Source: an uncultured Acidobacteriota bacterium
GTDB taxonomy: Bacteria; Acidobacteriota; Terriglobia; Acidiferrales; UBA7541
NCBI GenBank assembly: GCA_963749025.1
Contig: CAVVKO010000006.1
Span: 157,449-221,448, forward strand
Reading direction: 5' to 3'
Length of the DNA stretch: 64,000 nt
A program made the position numbers and the translations under genes. The stretch's first letter is position 1; each line of letters begins with the position of its first letter. The notes beneath the pieces are model-generated. The model did no database searches. It was not told the origin of the DNA and saw only the letters and a program-made list of their open reading frames with translations. Positions 9,840-19,158 of this stretch are shown piece by piece.

Positions 9840-12503
9840 ATGCCGCTCACTCCTGGAACTCGTCTCGGACCTTACGAAATCATCGCGCCGATCGGCGCCG
9901 GTGGAATGGGCGAAGTGTATCGCGCGCGCGACACGCGGCTCGATCGAACCGTGGCGTTGAAGGTATTGGTGCAACATCTGGGCGATACGCCCGAAATGCG
10001 CCAGCGCTTCGAGCGCGAAGCCCGCGCAGTCTCCAGTTTCAATCATCCGAATATTTGCGCGCTCTACGACATCGGCAATCAGGACGGCACGGATTTCCTG
10101 GTCATGGAATATCTAGAGGGCGAGACACTGGCCAAGCGGATAGAGCGCGGCCCGCTCGCATCATCCGAGCTATTGCGCATCGCTGTACAGATTTGCGAGG
10201 CGCTCGATAAAGCGCACCGCCAGAATGTGGTTCACCGTGACCTGAAGCCGGGAAATGTGATGCTCACGAAGTCCGGCGCGAAGCTCCTGGACTTTGGCTT
10301 GGCCAAGGACATGAAGCCTGCCACCGGCGATCCATCGAGCTCGCCGACGATGACTCAGCCGCTTCCGGGGAGCCGGGGCGGCAGCCAGTTGACGACGCAG
10401 GGCACCATCGTCGGCACGCTGCAATACATGGCGCCCGAACAACTCGAAGCCGGAGAAGTGGACGCGCGCAGCGATATTTTCTCGTTCGGCGCGATGCTGT
10501 ATGAGATGGCCACGGCACAGAAAGCGTTTCCGGCGAAGAGCCAGGCGAGCTTGATTGCGGCGATCCTCAGGGAAGAGCCGAAGCCGATCTCCGAGCTGCA
10601 GCCGATGTCCCCGCCGGCTCTCGAACGCATCGTCAAGACCTGCATGGCCAAGGATCCGGACGAACGCTGGCAGAGCTCCGGCGATTTGAAACGCGAGCTG
10701 CAGTGGATCGGCGATGCAGGCTCCATCGCCGGAATTCCCGCGCCGGTAGCGGCGCAGCGAAAGAGCCGCGAACGGACCTCGAAAATTCTCGTGATCGCGC
10801 TCGGAATCATTGCCGCGGCGGGAATCGCGGGCACGGCGTTCTATGCGCGCAAAGCTTCCCAGCCGACGCAAGTAATCCACGCCGACCTCAATCCGCCGGA
10901 AGGATACATATATGAAAGTGTGGGCTCCAACAATCAATTCGTAATCTCGCCGGATGGATCTTCAATTGCCTTCATCGCGGAAGGCCAGGGGAAGCAAGTT
11001 CTCTTCGTGCGCACGCTCAGTTCAGGAATTGCTCAACCTTTGCAGGGCAGCGAGGGAGCGGCTTACCCGTTTTGGTCCGCTGACAGCCGAAACATCGCTT
11101 TCTTCGCAGACGGAAAATTAAAGCGCGTGCCGGCGGCGGGCGGCGTGGTGCAGACGCTTTGCGACGCGCCCGCGGGTCGCGGAGGCACCTGGAATTCGAG
11201 CGGTGTGATCCTATTCACACCGGGACTCAAAGAGCCGCTCTATCGGATTCCGGAAAGCGGCGGACTCGCGACCGTGGTGACCGCGTTGAAGCAATCGGCG
11301 CAGACGCAAAGTCACAGGTGGCCTTACTTTCTCCCTGACGGCAAGCACTTTCTCCTGACAAGCGACGACGGCATTGCCGTCGGGTCGCTTGATTCATCGG
11401 AAATTCGTTTGATCCTGAAAGTGAATTCGAACGCGGAATACGCCGGCGGGTCCATTCTCTACGTCACAGATGGAAACCTTGTGGCACAGCCTTTTGACGC
11501 GAACAAACAGGCCGTGAGCGGTGCACCGGTTCCGGTGGCGGGACACGTGGAATTCGCGGTGGGAAAATCGATGGGAAACTTCTCGGTTTCGCAGACTGGC
11601 GCGCTGGTGTATCGGCAGGACTATTCGCTGAAATACCAGCCCACCTGGATCGACCGAAGCGGAGCAGAGGTGGCCACGACCGGAGAGACGGACTATTACT
11701 TCGGCGCAGCGCTGTCGCCGGACGGGCGCCAAATCCTGATGACGCGCGGGCAGCCGTCGGCGAAACGCGATTTGTGGATCATGGACTCGCAGCGCGGAAC
11801 TCTCTCTCGAGCAACGTTCGACCCGGCGGGCTTGATTGTCGGCATATGGTCTCCGGATGCGAAGGAGCTGGCGGTGGCGGTGGCCAACGGCTTCGAGATA
11901 CGAAAAACGGGCTTGCAAGGAAATGCCACGGAGCAAATCCTCGCACCGGACCAGGTGTCGAAGTATCCATCGGACTGGACTGCGGACGGCCAGACGCTGA
12001 TCATGACCGTTCAGAATGCGAAGACGAACCAGGATGTGGAAACTTTGTCGGTGACTGGGGAACACAAGCTGGTGCCCATAATTCAGACAACCTTCTCGGA
12101 GTTTGCGGGCAAGCTTTCCCCGGACGGAAAATTGCTCACCTATGCGTCGAATGAGTCGGGCCGGAGGGAGCTCTACGTTACCGAGTTTCCAGGGCCGGGG
12201 CAGAAATGGCAGGTCTCCAGCCAGGGGATGAGCAGTGGGTCAGTTGGGTTCTCCGCCTGGAGCCATGACGGAAAGGCGCTCTACTACGTCGACGGAAGCG
12301 GAAGCGTGATGGCTGTGCCGATCGAGAGCACGTCGCCTTTCAAGACCGGGCCAGCCAAAAAGCTCTATTCGTCCGCAGGCGGCCCTATCAGCGAAGTTAC
12401 GGCGGCGCCTGATGGGAGGCTCATGGTGCTGGTGCCACCGGGAAGCCAGCCGGTCACGCCCGCTTCGCTGGTGATTAACTGGGCCGCTGAATTAAATAAG
12501 TAG
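9840..12503 (+). CDS. Ser/Thr protein kinase with one TM helix and a TolB-like beta-propeller ectodomain
   Basis: Hanks kinase motifs GAGGMGEVYRA, VALK, HRDLKPGNV, DFGLA, MAPEQ. TM segment ILVIALGIIAAAGIAGTAFYA. C-terminal repeats resemble PD40/TolB blades (ISPDGSSIAF, SADSRNIAFF, LPDGKHFLL, LSPDGRQILM, SPDAKELAV, LSPDGKLLTY). Confidence 0.85.
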   Translation: MPLTPGTRLGPYEIIAPIGAGGMGEVYRARDTRLDRTVALKVLVQHLGDTPEMRQRFEREARAVSSFNHPNICALYDIGNQDGTDFLVMEYLEGETLAKRIERGPLASSELLRIAVQICEALDKAHRQNVVHRDLKPGNVMLTKSGAKLLDFGLAKDMKPATGDPSSSPTMTQPLPGSRGGSQLTTQGTIVGTLQYMAPEQLEAGEVDARSDIFSFGAMLYEMATAQKAFPAKSQASLIAAILREEPKPISELQPMSPPALERIVKTCMAKDPDERWQSSGDLKRELQWIGDAGSIAGIPAPVAAQRKSRERTSKILVIALGIIAAAGIAGTAFYARKASQPTQVIHADLNPPEGYIYESVGSNNQFVISPDGSSIAFIAEGQGKQVLFVRTLSSGIAQPLQGSEGAAYPFWSADSRNIAFFADGKLKRVPAAGGVVQTLCDAPAGRGGTWNSSGVILFTPGLKEPLYRIPESGGLATVVTALKQSAQTQSHRWPYFLPDGKHFLLTSDDGIAVGSLDSSEIRLILKVNSNAEYAGGSILYVTDGNLVAQPFDANKQAVSGAPVPVAGHVEFAVGKSMGNFSVSQTGALVYRQDYSLKYQPTWIDRSGAEVATTGETDYYFGAALSPDGRQILMTRGQPSAKRDLWIMDSQRGTLSRATFDPAGLIVGIWSPDAKELAVAVANGFEIRKTGLQGNATEQILAPDQVSKYPSDWTADGQTLIMTVQNAKTNQDVETLSVTGEHKLVPIIQTTFSEFAGKLSPDGKLLTYASNESGRRELYVTEFPGPGQKWQVSSQGMSSGSVGFSAWSHDGKALYYVDGSGSVMAVPIESTSPFKTGPAKKLYSSAGGPISEVTAAPDGRLMVLVPPGSQPVTPASLVINWAAELNK

Positions 12504-12582
12504 CCGCGACTGTCCAGAAATTCCAGGGATGGCGCTGGCCGAGGCTTGACCGCTGTGCTAGGATGACGCTCTCGAACCGGAG

Positions 12583-12942
12583 ATGCCGAGCCAATACATC
12601 CCGATTCTGATTTACGCAATGCTCGCCGCGGCTTTTCCCGCCGTCTCACTTATTGTTTTCAAATACATCCGGCCCGATATGCGTGCGACCGGCGCAAAGC
12701 TGGAGCCGTATGAGTGTGGCGTGCCGCCGGAGGGAACTTCGCGCGGGCGGTATTCTGTGCGGTTTTATATCGTGGCTATCCTGTTCGTTATCTTTGATGT
12801 GGAGACGATTTTCCTGTTTCCATGGGCCATTAAGTACAGCCAGTTGGGCGCCTACGGCTTGGTGACGATGATTGTCTTTCTCGGCATTCTCCTCGTGGGC
12901 TACGTCTGGCTCTACCGCAAAGGCGCGCTCGACTGGGTGTAA
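12583..12942 (+). CDS. nuoA: NADH-quinone oxidoreductase subunit A (set 1)
   Basis: 119 aa, 3 TM helices, LEPYECG and FDVETIFLFPWA motifs. Confidence 0.9.
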   Translation: MPSQYIPILIYAMLAAAFPAVSLIVFKYIRPDMRATGAKLEPYECGVPPEGTSRGRYSVRFYIVAILFVIFDVETIFLFPWAIKYSQLGAYGLVTMIVFLGILLVGYVWLYRKGALDWV

Positions 12943-13066
12943 GCGCGGCATAAGCAACTCAACTTGGTTGACGCTGTTTTTTGGGGTGTGTTAAAAAGGC
13001 GGGCTGCTCGCTGCTGTTGGTAGGAAGTGTAGGCTTTGCCCGCAGCAATGGCAGCCAATCGAACCG

Positions 13067-13768
13067 ATGTCCAACGACCCTTCGGAAAAAGATCCCGCTT
13101 CGAAGCCGCCTGAAAGCGGGGCGGAGAAGCCGTCCGTTGCGCCCAAGCCACCGGCGCCGGCTGAAGCCTCGGCCACGCCTCCTGCGAAACCTGCCGCGCC
13201 CGCCGCTGCCGCTGCGACTCCACCAAAGCCCGCTGCACCGCCTCCCGCGAAGGAAGCGCCGCCGAAGCCGGTTCCACTCGACAACGAGCTCGTGCAGCGG
13301 TTCAAAGCGCGTTTTGGCGAGGGCATCCGCGAGGCCATGCTGGACCGTAAGCAGGCCATCGTGACGGTCGCAGCGGATCAGTTGCGCGAAATTTCACGCT
13401 ACTGCCGCGATGATGAAAAATTCGACATGCTCGTGGATCTTACTGCTGTGGACTGGCCCAAGCGCGAAAAACGGTTCGATGTCATTTTGATTTTGTACTC
13501 GTTCGCGAAGAATGAGCGGGTGCGTCTGAAGGCGCATGCGGGCGAAAACGAGCCGGTGCCGAGCTTGTGCGAAATCTGGCCCGCAGCGAATTGGCTCGAA
13601 CGCGAATGCTACGACATGTTCGGAATTGTTTTCGAGGGCCACCCAGACTTGAAGCGCATCCTGATGCCGGACGAATGGCAGGGGCATCCCTTGCGCAAGG
13701 ATTACGACATTTTGAAGCAAGACACCGATTGGGTTCGCGAGAACCTCGGCATCGAGAGCGGGCAATAA
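13067..13768 (+). CDS. nuoC: NADH-quinone oxidoreductase subunit C (set 1) with a Pro/Ala/Lys-rich N-terminal extension
   Basis: [40 protein letters not shown] is the NuoC core. The first ~72 aa are low complexity ([40 protein letters not shown]). Confidence 0.9.
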   Translation: MSNDPSEKDPASKPPESGAEKPSVAPKPPAPAEASATPPAKPAAPAAAAATPPKPAAPPPAKEAPPKPVPLDNELVQRFKARFGEGIREAMLDRKQAIVTVAADQLREISRYCRDDEKFDMLVDLTAVDWPKREKRFDVILILYSFAKNERVRLKAHAGENEPVPSLCEIWPAANWLERECYDMFGIVFEGHPDLKRILMPDEWQGHPLRKDYDILKQDTDWVRENLGIESGQ

Positions 13769-13771
13769 CGA

Positions 13772-14914
13772 ATGAGCGAATCACGCAACCTGGGGATCTC
13801 AAACGTCAGCACCACCGTGTTGGGTGCCGACGAGATCATCCTCAATATGGGGCCGCAGCACCCCTCCACGCACGGCGTTCTGCGCGTGAAGCTCAGGCTG
13901 GATGGCGAGCGGGTGGTGGATTCCGAGTGCATCATCGGCTATCTGCATCGCGGCGTGGAAAAAATCGCGGAACATCGCAGCTACCAGCAATTTGCTCCGT
14001 ACGTGGACCGCATGGACTACGTCGCGGCCGTTTCGAATGGGTTGGGCTACTGCGAGGCGGTCGAGAAACTGCTGGGCACCGAAGCGCCGCCGCGCGCGCG
14101 AGTGGTGCGCACGATCCTGACCGAGTTGCAGCGGATCGCGAGCCATCTGCTTTGGTTAGGGACGCACGCGCTGGATATCGGCGCGCTGACGCCGGTCTTT
14201 TATTGTTTCCGCGAACGCGAAGAGATTCTGAAAATCTTCGAGAAGTATTGCGGCGCGCGGCTCACTACGCATGCTTTCCGCATCGGCGGGCTGCAATACG
14301 AGACCTACGATGGGTTCGAGGAGGACGTAAAACGCTTCTGCGACGATTTCACGCACAAGATCGACGAATATGAAACGTTGCTCACCGAAAATCGAATTTG
14401 GGTCGGCCGCACGAAGGGCGTTGGCATCCTCTCGGCCGCAGATGCTATCGCGCTTGGCGTCACAGGGCCGGTGTTGCGCGCGAGCGGCGTGAAATGGGAC
14501 CTGCGCAAGGCCATGCCATACGCAGCGTACGACCAGTACGAGTTCGAAATTCCCACGCGCGAAACGGGCGACACGTACGACCGGTACGTCGTGCGCATGG
14601 AAGAGATGCGGCAATCGCGGCGCATCTGCCTGCAAGCAATCGAGAACATTCCATCGGGGCCGATCATGGCGCGTATCGGGAAAGTGCTGAAGCCGCCGCC
14701 GGGCGAGGTGTACCACTCGATCGAAGCGCCGAAAGGCGAACTCGGGTATTACATCGTCAGCGACGGAACCACGCAGCCTTATCGCGTGCGCGTGCGACCG
14801 CCTTCGTTCGTGAATCTACAGGCATTTGACAAGATGGCGCGCGGAGCTCTGGTGGCGGATGTGGTCGCAATCATTGGGACGATTGATATAGTGCTCGGGG
14901 AAGTGGACCGTTGA
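13772..14914 (+). CDS. nuoD: NADH-quinone oxidoreductase subunit D (set 1)
   Basis: [27 protein letters not shown]-terminal DIVLGEVDR. Confidence 0.95.
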   Translation: MSESRNLGISNVSTTVLGADEIILNMGPQHPSTHGVLRVKLRLDGERVVDSECIIGYLHRGVEKIAEHRSYQQFAPYVDRMDYVAAVSNGLGYCEAVEKLLGTEAPPRARVVRTILTELQRIASHLLWLGTHALDIGALTPVFYCFREREEILKIFEKYCGARLTTHAFRIGGLQYETYDGFEEDVKRFCDDFTHKIDEYETLLTENRIWVGRTKGVGILSAADAIALGVTGPVLRASGVKWDLRKAMPYAAYDQYEFEIPTRETGDTYDRYVVRMEEMRQSRRICLQAIENIPSGPIMARIGKVLKPPPGEVYHSIEAPKGELGYYIVSDGTTQPYRVRVRPPSFVNLQAFDKMARGALVADVVAIIGTIDIVLGEVDR

Positions 14915-16236
14915 TGGGGCACCTGATTCCACAATCGATCATGCCTTTTGTGATCCCGGTGCTGTGCGCCGTGGTGATTGTCGCGGTGCTGCCTTTGCTG
15001 GCCGGCTACATCGTATTGATGGAACGCAAGGTGATGGCGGACATGCAGGCGCGCCTGGGACCGATGCGCGTGGGGCCGCACGGATTGCTGCAGCCCATCG
15101 CCGACGCCGTAAAGCTGCTGCTGAAAGAAGACATCATTCCCGAAAAAGCCGATCTGCTGTTGTTTTGGTTTGCTCCGCTTCTGAGCGTGACCATGGCGCT
15201 CGTGGCCTATGCCGCGCTGCCCATCGGCCCGGCGTTTCAAATCGCGGACTTGAATATCGGCCTGCTTTTTATTCTCGCGGTGAGCGCGCTCGGGATCTAC
15301 GGCATCGTATTCGGCGGCTGGGCTTCGAACAGCCACTATTCGCTGCTCGGCGCTCTGCGCAGCGCGGCGCAGCTCGTGAGTTACGAAACGGCTGCGGGGC
15401 TAGGATTGATTTCGGCGCTGCTGCTGGCTGGATCGCTTTCGATGAAAGACATCGTGATGGCGCAGTACGACCAAGGCGTCTGGTTCATCTGGTACGTGCC
15501 CATTGGATTTTTCATCTACCTGGTCGGCTCGATTGCGGAGACGAATCGCGCGCCATTTGATTTGCCGGAGGCGGAATCGGAGCTGGTGGCCGGCTACATG
15601 ACGGAATATAGCGGCTTTCGGTGGTCGCTATATTTCCTGGCGGAGTACGCGAACATGATCATCGTGGCCGGAATCGCCACGACACTGTTTCTGGGCGGCT
15701 GGCTGCGGCCATTTGTGAGTTTTCACGACCATCTTCCCGGCACGTCCGTTGAACTGCTGGACGCGCTGCCGTCGCTGCTGGTTCTCGGCGTGGCGCTTTA
15801 CTGTTTCTATCTTGCACCGAAGCAGCCGGTCAAAATTCAGAAACTGGTCATGGGAGCAGTCGGCGGCTTGTGTCTCCTGCTTGCTGGAATTTTGGCCGCC
15901 GCGCTGTTTGCACCAGCTCCGGTGCTGCAGGGAATTCACGGCGCATTCTGGTTCATGGCCAAGGTCTTCGGGTATTTGTATTTGTTCCTATGGTTCCGGT
16001 TCACGTTTCCACGCTATCGCTTCGATCAATTGATGAGGCTGGGCTGGCGATTTTTGATCCCGCTGGCGCTGGTTAATTTGATCACTCTCGCGGTGGCTCT
16101 GCTGCTCACGCGGGAATGGGGTTGGAATCTGCGCGTGACAACAATTCTGTCGGCAGCCGTCACGCTGGGCGTGGCCGCGCTGCTTCTGAAGGAAGATGAC
16201 GCCGGCAGCGCGATGCAGACGGCGGATGGTGAATAG
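14911..16236 (+). CDS. nuoH: NADH-quinone oxidoreductase subunit H (set 1), enlarged (441 aa)
   Basis: [67 protein letters not shown]. The ATG overlaps the nuoD stop. Confidence 0.92.
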   Translation: MMGHLIPQSIMPFVIPVLCAVVIVAVLPLLAGYIVLMERKVMADMQARLGPMRVGPHGLLQPIADAVKLLLKEDIIPEKADLLLFWFAPLLSVTMALVAYAALPIGPAFQIADLNIGLLFILAVSALGIYGIVFGGWASNSHYSLLGALRSAAQLVSYETAAGLGLISALLLAGSLSMKDIVMAQYDQGVWFIWYVPIGFFIYLVGSIAETNRAPFDLPEAESELVAGYMTEYSGFRWSLYFLAEYANMIIVAGIATTLFLGGWLRPFVSFHDHLPGTSVELLDALPSLLVLGVALYCFYLAPKQPVKIQKLVMGAVGGLCLLLAGILAAALFAPAPVLQGIHGAFWFMAKVFGYLYLFLWFRFTFPRYRFDQLMRLGWRFLIPLALVNLITLAVALLLTREWGWNLRVTTILSAAVTLGVAALLLKEDDAGSAMQTADGE

Positions 16237-16746
16237 ATGGCGGCGCTGAATTCCATTCTTTTTTTCTTTCTTTCCGCCCTGGCGGTGGTGTCCGCGATCC
16301 TGATGGTCACCCGGCGGAATATCGTCCACGGCGCGGTTTTCTTGATTACGACGCTGCTCGCCACGGCCGGGATTTTCCTGCTGCTGCAGGCTGAGTTCTT
16401 GTTTGTAGTGCAGATAATTCTCTACGTCGGCGGCATCATGGTGCTTTTCGTGTTCGTGATTATGCTGGTAAACCTGGACGTGTCGATGCTCCGATTCCAG
16501 TTCAACCGGCAAAGATTTGTCGCCGGAATCCTGGCGCTGGCGCTTTCGGCTCAGGTGTTTCTTGCCATCTGGATGGGCCGGAACTCGCTGCATTTGCCGG
16601 AACCCGCCGCGAGCATGTCGGCGAAGAACACGGAAGCGGTGGGCGACGCGCTGTTCCAGCGCTTCATGCTGCCGTTTGAGATTGCTTCCATCCTGCTGCT
16701 TGTGGCGATGATTGGCGCGGTCGTGATGGCGAAGCGGAGAGTTTGA
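16237..16746 (+). CDS. nuoJ: NADH-quinone oxidoreductase subunit J (set 1)
   Basis: 169 aa, hydrophobic. LQAEFLFVVQIILYVGGIMVLFVFVIML is typical of NuoJ. The start directly abuts the nuoH stop. Confidence 0.9.
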   Translation: MAALNSILFFFLSALAVVSAILMVTRRNIVHGAVFLITTLLATAGIFLLLQAEFLFVVQIILYVGGIMVLFVFVIMLVNLDVSMLRFQFNRQRFVAGILALALSAQVFLAIWMGRNSLHLPEPAASMSAKNTEAVGDALFQRFMLPFEIASILLLVAMIGAVVMAKRRV

Positions 16747-17057
16747 TGAACGCGACAATACCGACGGACTATTATCTCTGGCTGAGCCTGGCGCTCTTCA
16801 CCATCGGCGTGATCGGCGTTCTGACGCGGCGCAACGTAATCATTATCCTGATGTCCATCGAGCTGATCTTGAACGCAGTGAACATCAACCTGATGGTTTT
16901 TTCGCGCGTGTGGGGCTCGGTGGATGGCCAAGTATTCGCCATTTTTGTCATCACGGACGCCGCCGCCGAGGCCGCCGTGGGCCTGGGCATCATCTTGGCG
17001 TTTTTCCGCAATCGCGAGACGCTGCTCGCTGACGAAATGGACATGCTGAAATGGTGA
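16743..17057 (+). CDS. nuoK: NADH-quinone oxidoreductase subunit K (set 1)
   Basis: 104 aa, LMSIELILNAVNINLMVF and AAAEAAVGLGIILAFFRN. Confidence 0.92.
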   Translation: MMNATIPTDYYLWLSLALFTIGVIGVLTRRNVIIILMSIELILNAVNINLMVFSRVWGSVDGQVFAIFVITDAAAEAAVGLGIILAFFRNRETLLADEMDMLKW

Positions 17058-17067
17058 AGGACGCCTA

Positions 17068-19137
17068 ATGAACCCGCAGCCATTCTTTCTCGGCCACATA
17101 TGGCTGATACCGCTATTTCCGCTGCTTACGGCGGCGTTGATGCTTTTCATCGGCCGGCGGCTGAATAACAGTACGATAAATGCGCTCTGCTGCGGCAGCG
17201 TGTTCGTGTCGTTCATTTTCTCCGCGGGTGCTTTTCTGCAATTGATAGCGCTGCCGTCGGACCAGAGACTCGCCATCAACGTTCTCTTCGAATGGATTCC
17301 GGCCGTGCCGTATCACATGCTGAATGGCACGCTCGCGAATTTCACGGCCGACTTTGGATTTCAGATCGATCCGCTCTCGTGTGTGATGATCCTGATCGTC
17401 ACTGGAGTCGGATTCCTGATTCACATGTATTCCACCGGATACATGGCGCACGAAGGCGGCTATTACCGCTTCTTCGGATATTTGAATCTGTTCATGTTCT
17501 CCATGCTGATTTTGGTGCTGGCGAACAATCTTGTGATGCTCTTCGTCGGATGGGAGGGCGTGGGTACCTGCAGCTACCTCCTGATTGGGTTTTATTTTCA
17601 CAAGAAGTCGGCATCGGATGCAGGGAAGAAGGCATTCATCGTCAATCGAATCGGCGACGCAGGTTTCTTGCTCGGTATTTTTCTGACCTCGGCGCTGCTC
17701 GGCACCATTCGTTTCGCGGAGATCGGTCCTGCGCTCGACGCCGGGCATTTCGCCATGGGCAACTCGCTGCTCACCGCCATCGCGCTGCTATTCTTCGTGG
17801 GCGCCACGGGGAAGTCGGCGCAGATTCCACTTTACGTCTGGCTGCCCGACGCCATGGAAGGCCCCACGCCGGTCAGCGCGCTGATTCACGCGGCGACCAT
17901 GGTCACCGCCGGCGTGTATATGGTCACGCGCACGAACGCAATTTACCAGCTAGCCCCCAAGGCCATGGCGCTCGTCGCGCTGGTGGGAGCGGTGACGGCG
18001 CTTTTTGCGGCGTCCATCGGCGTGGTGCAGACCGACATCAAGAAAGTTCTGGCCTATTCCACTGTTTCGCAGCTCGGTTACATGTTCCTGGCCTGCGGCG
18101 TGGGCGCATTCACGGCGGGGATTTTCCATTTGATGACGCACGCGTTCTTCAAGGGCCTACTCTTTCTTGCAGCGGGCAGCGTGATCCACGCGCTTTCCGG
18201 CGAGCAGGACATGCGCAAAATGGGCGCGCTATCGAAAAAGATTCCGGTCACCTACTGGACCATGCTCATCGCCACGCTCGCGATTGCGGGCATCTTTCCC
18301 TTCGCCGGATTCCTGAGCAAGGATTTGATTCTCGGGAAGGCGTATGAGAAGGACGCGTTGCTCTGGGCCATTGGCTATTTCACCGCGGGCATGACGGCGT
18401 TCTACATGTTCCGCCTTATTTTCATGACCTTTCATGGAACGTCGCGCGTGGATCATGATGTGGAACATCACATTCACGAATCGCCGCGGTCGATGCTTAT
18501 TCCGCTCGTGATTCTGGCGGGCCTGTCCATTGCCGGCGGGTGGCTAAGCTGGCCGGAGATTTTCGGTGGCAACAGCCGCTTCGTGCGCTTCCTCGAACCC
18601 ATAATTGCCGTGCCGCATTTGGCTCGGCCCGAACCCGCGCATGGCCCTGGCTCTCCCCATGGGGAAATCTACCTCATGCTGCTTTCCGAAGGCCTCGTCG
18701 TCCTGGGAGTTTTGTTTGCGTGGTATCTCTACATCAAGCGCACCGAATTGCCGGAGAAGATTGCGAAGAGCCTCGGCGGCTTCTACCGGCTCGTGTACCA
18801 CAAGTATTACGTGGACCAGCTCTACGACGCGATGTTCGTAAATCGCGCGAAGGATCTCGGCCTCGCGCTCGGCACGTTCGATACCACCGTGATAAACGGC
18901 GCCGGCGTGGATGGCGCGGGCTGGCTCACGCGGTTCGTTTCGAAGCTGTCGATCTGGTGGGACACATGGATCGTGGACGGTTCTATTCGGCTCGGCTCGC
19001 GCATCGTGTGGCTCTTCAGTTATCCGGTGCGGTTGATTCAGGACGGGCTGGTGCAGAGTTACATGCTTCTGATTGTCGTCGGCCTGATTGGATTTCTGGG
19101 CTACTACTTTTATCTTGGGCATCACGCGGTACGCTAG
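17068..19137 (+). CDS. nuoL: NADH-quinone oxidoreductase subunit L (set 1)
   Basis: 689 aa, GWEGVGTCSYLLIGFYF, GKSAQIPLYVWLPDAMEGPTPVSALIHAATMVTAGVYMV. Confidence 0.95.
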   Translation: MNPQPFFLGHIWLIPLFPLLTAALMLFIGRRLNNSTINALCCGSVFVSFIFSAGAFLQLIALPSDQRLAINVLFEWIPAVPYHMLNGTLANFTADFGFQIDPLSCVMILIVTGVGFLIHMYSTGYMAHEGGYYRFFGYLNLFMFSMLILVLANNLVMLFVGWEGVGTCSYLLIGFYFHKKSASDAGKKAFIVNRIGDAGFLLGIFLTSALLGTIRFAEIGPALDAGHFAMGNSLLTAIALLFFVGATGKSAQIPLYVWLPDAMEGPTPVSALIHAATMVTAGVYMVTRTNAIYQLAPKAMALVALVGAVTALFAASIGVVQTDIKKVLAYSTVSQLGYMFLACGVGAFTAGIFHLMTHAFFKGLLFLAAGSVIHALSGEQDMRKMGALSKKIPVTYWTMLIATLAIAGIFPFAGFLSKDLILGKAYEKDALLWAIGYFTAGMTAFYMFRLIFMTFHGTSRVDHDVEHHIHESPRSMLIPLVILAGLSIAGGWLSWPEIFGGNSRFVRFLEPIIAVPHLARPEPAHGPGSPHGEIYLMLLSEGLVVLGVLFAWYLYIKRTELPEKIAKSLGGFYRLVYHKYYVDQLYDAMFVNRAKDLGLALGTFDTTVINGAGVDGAGWLTRFVSKLSIWWDTWIVDGSIRLGSRIVWLFSYPVRLIQDGLVQSYMLLIVVGLIGFLGYYFYLGHHAVR

Positions 19138-19158
19138 TGCAAGAAGGCGAGGGAATGG

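Noticed and set aside
12943-13066. Possible nuoB remnant or pseudogene in the nuoA1-nuoC1 gap
   Set aside because: The gap is only 124 nt. None of the six frames shows NuoB-like cysteine motifs. The overlapping listed ORFs are low-complexity read-throughs of the nuoC Pro/Ala tract.
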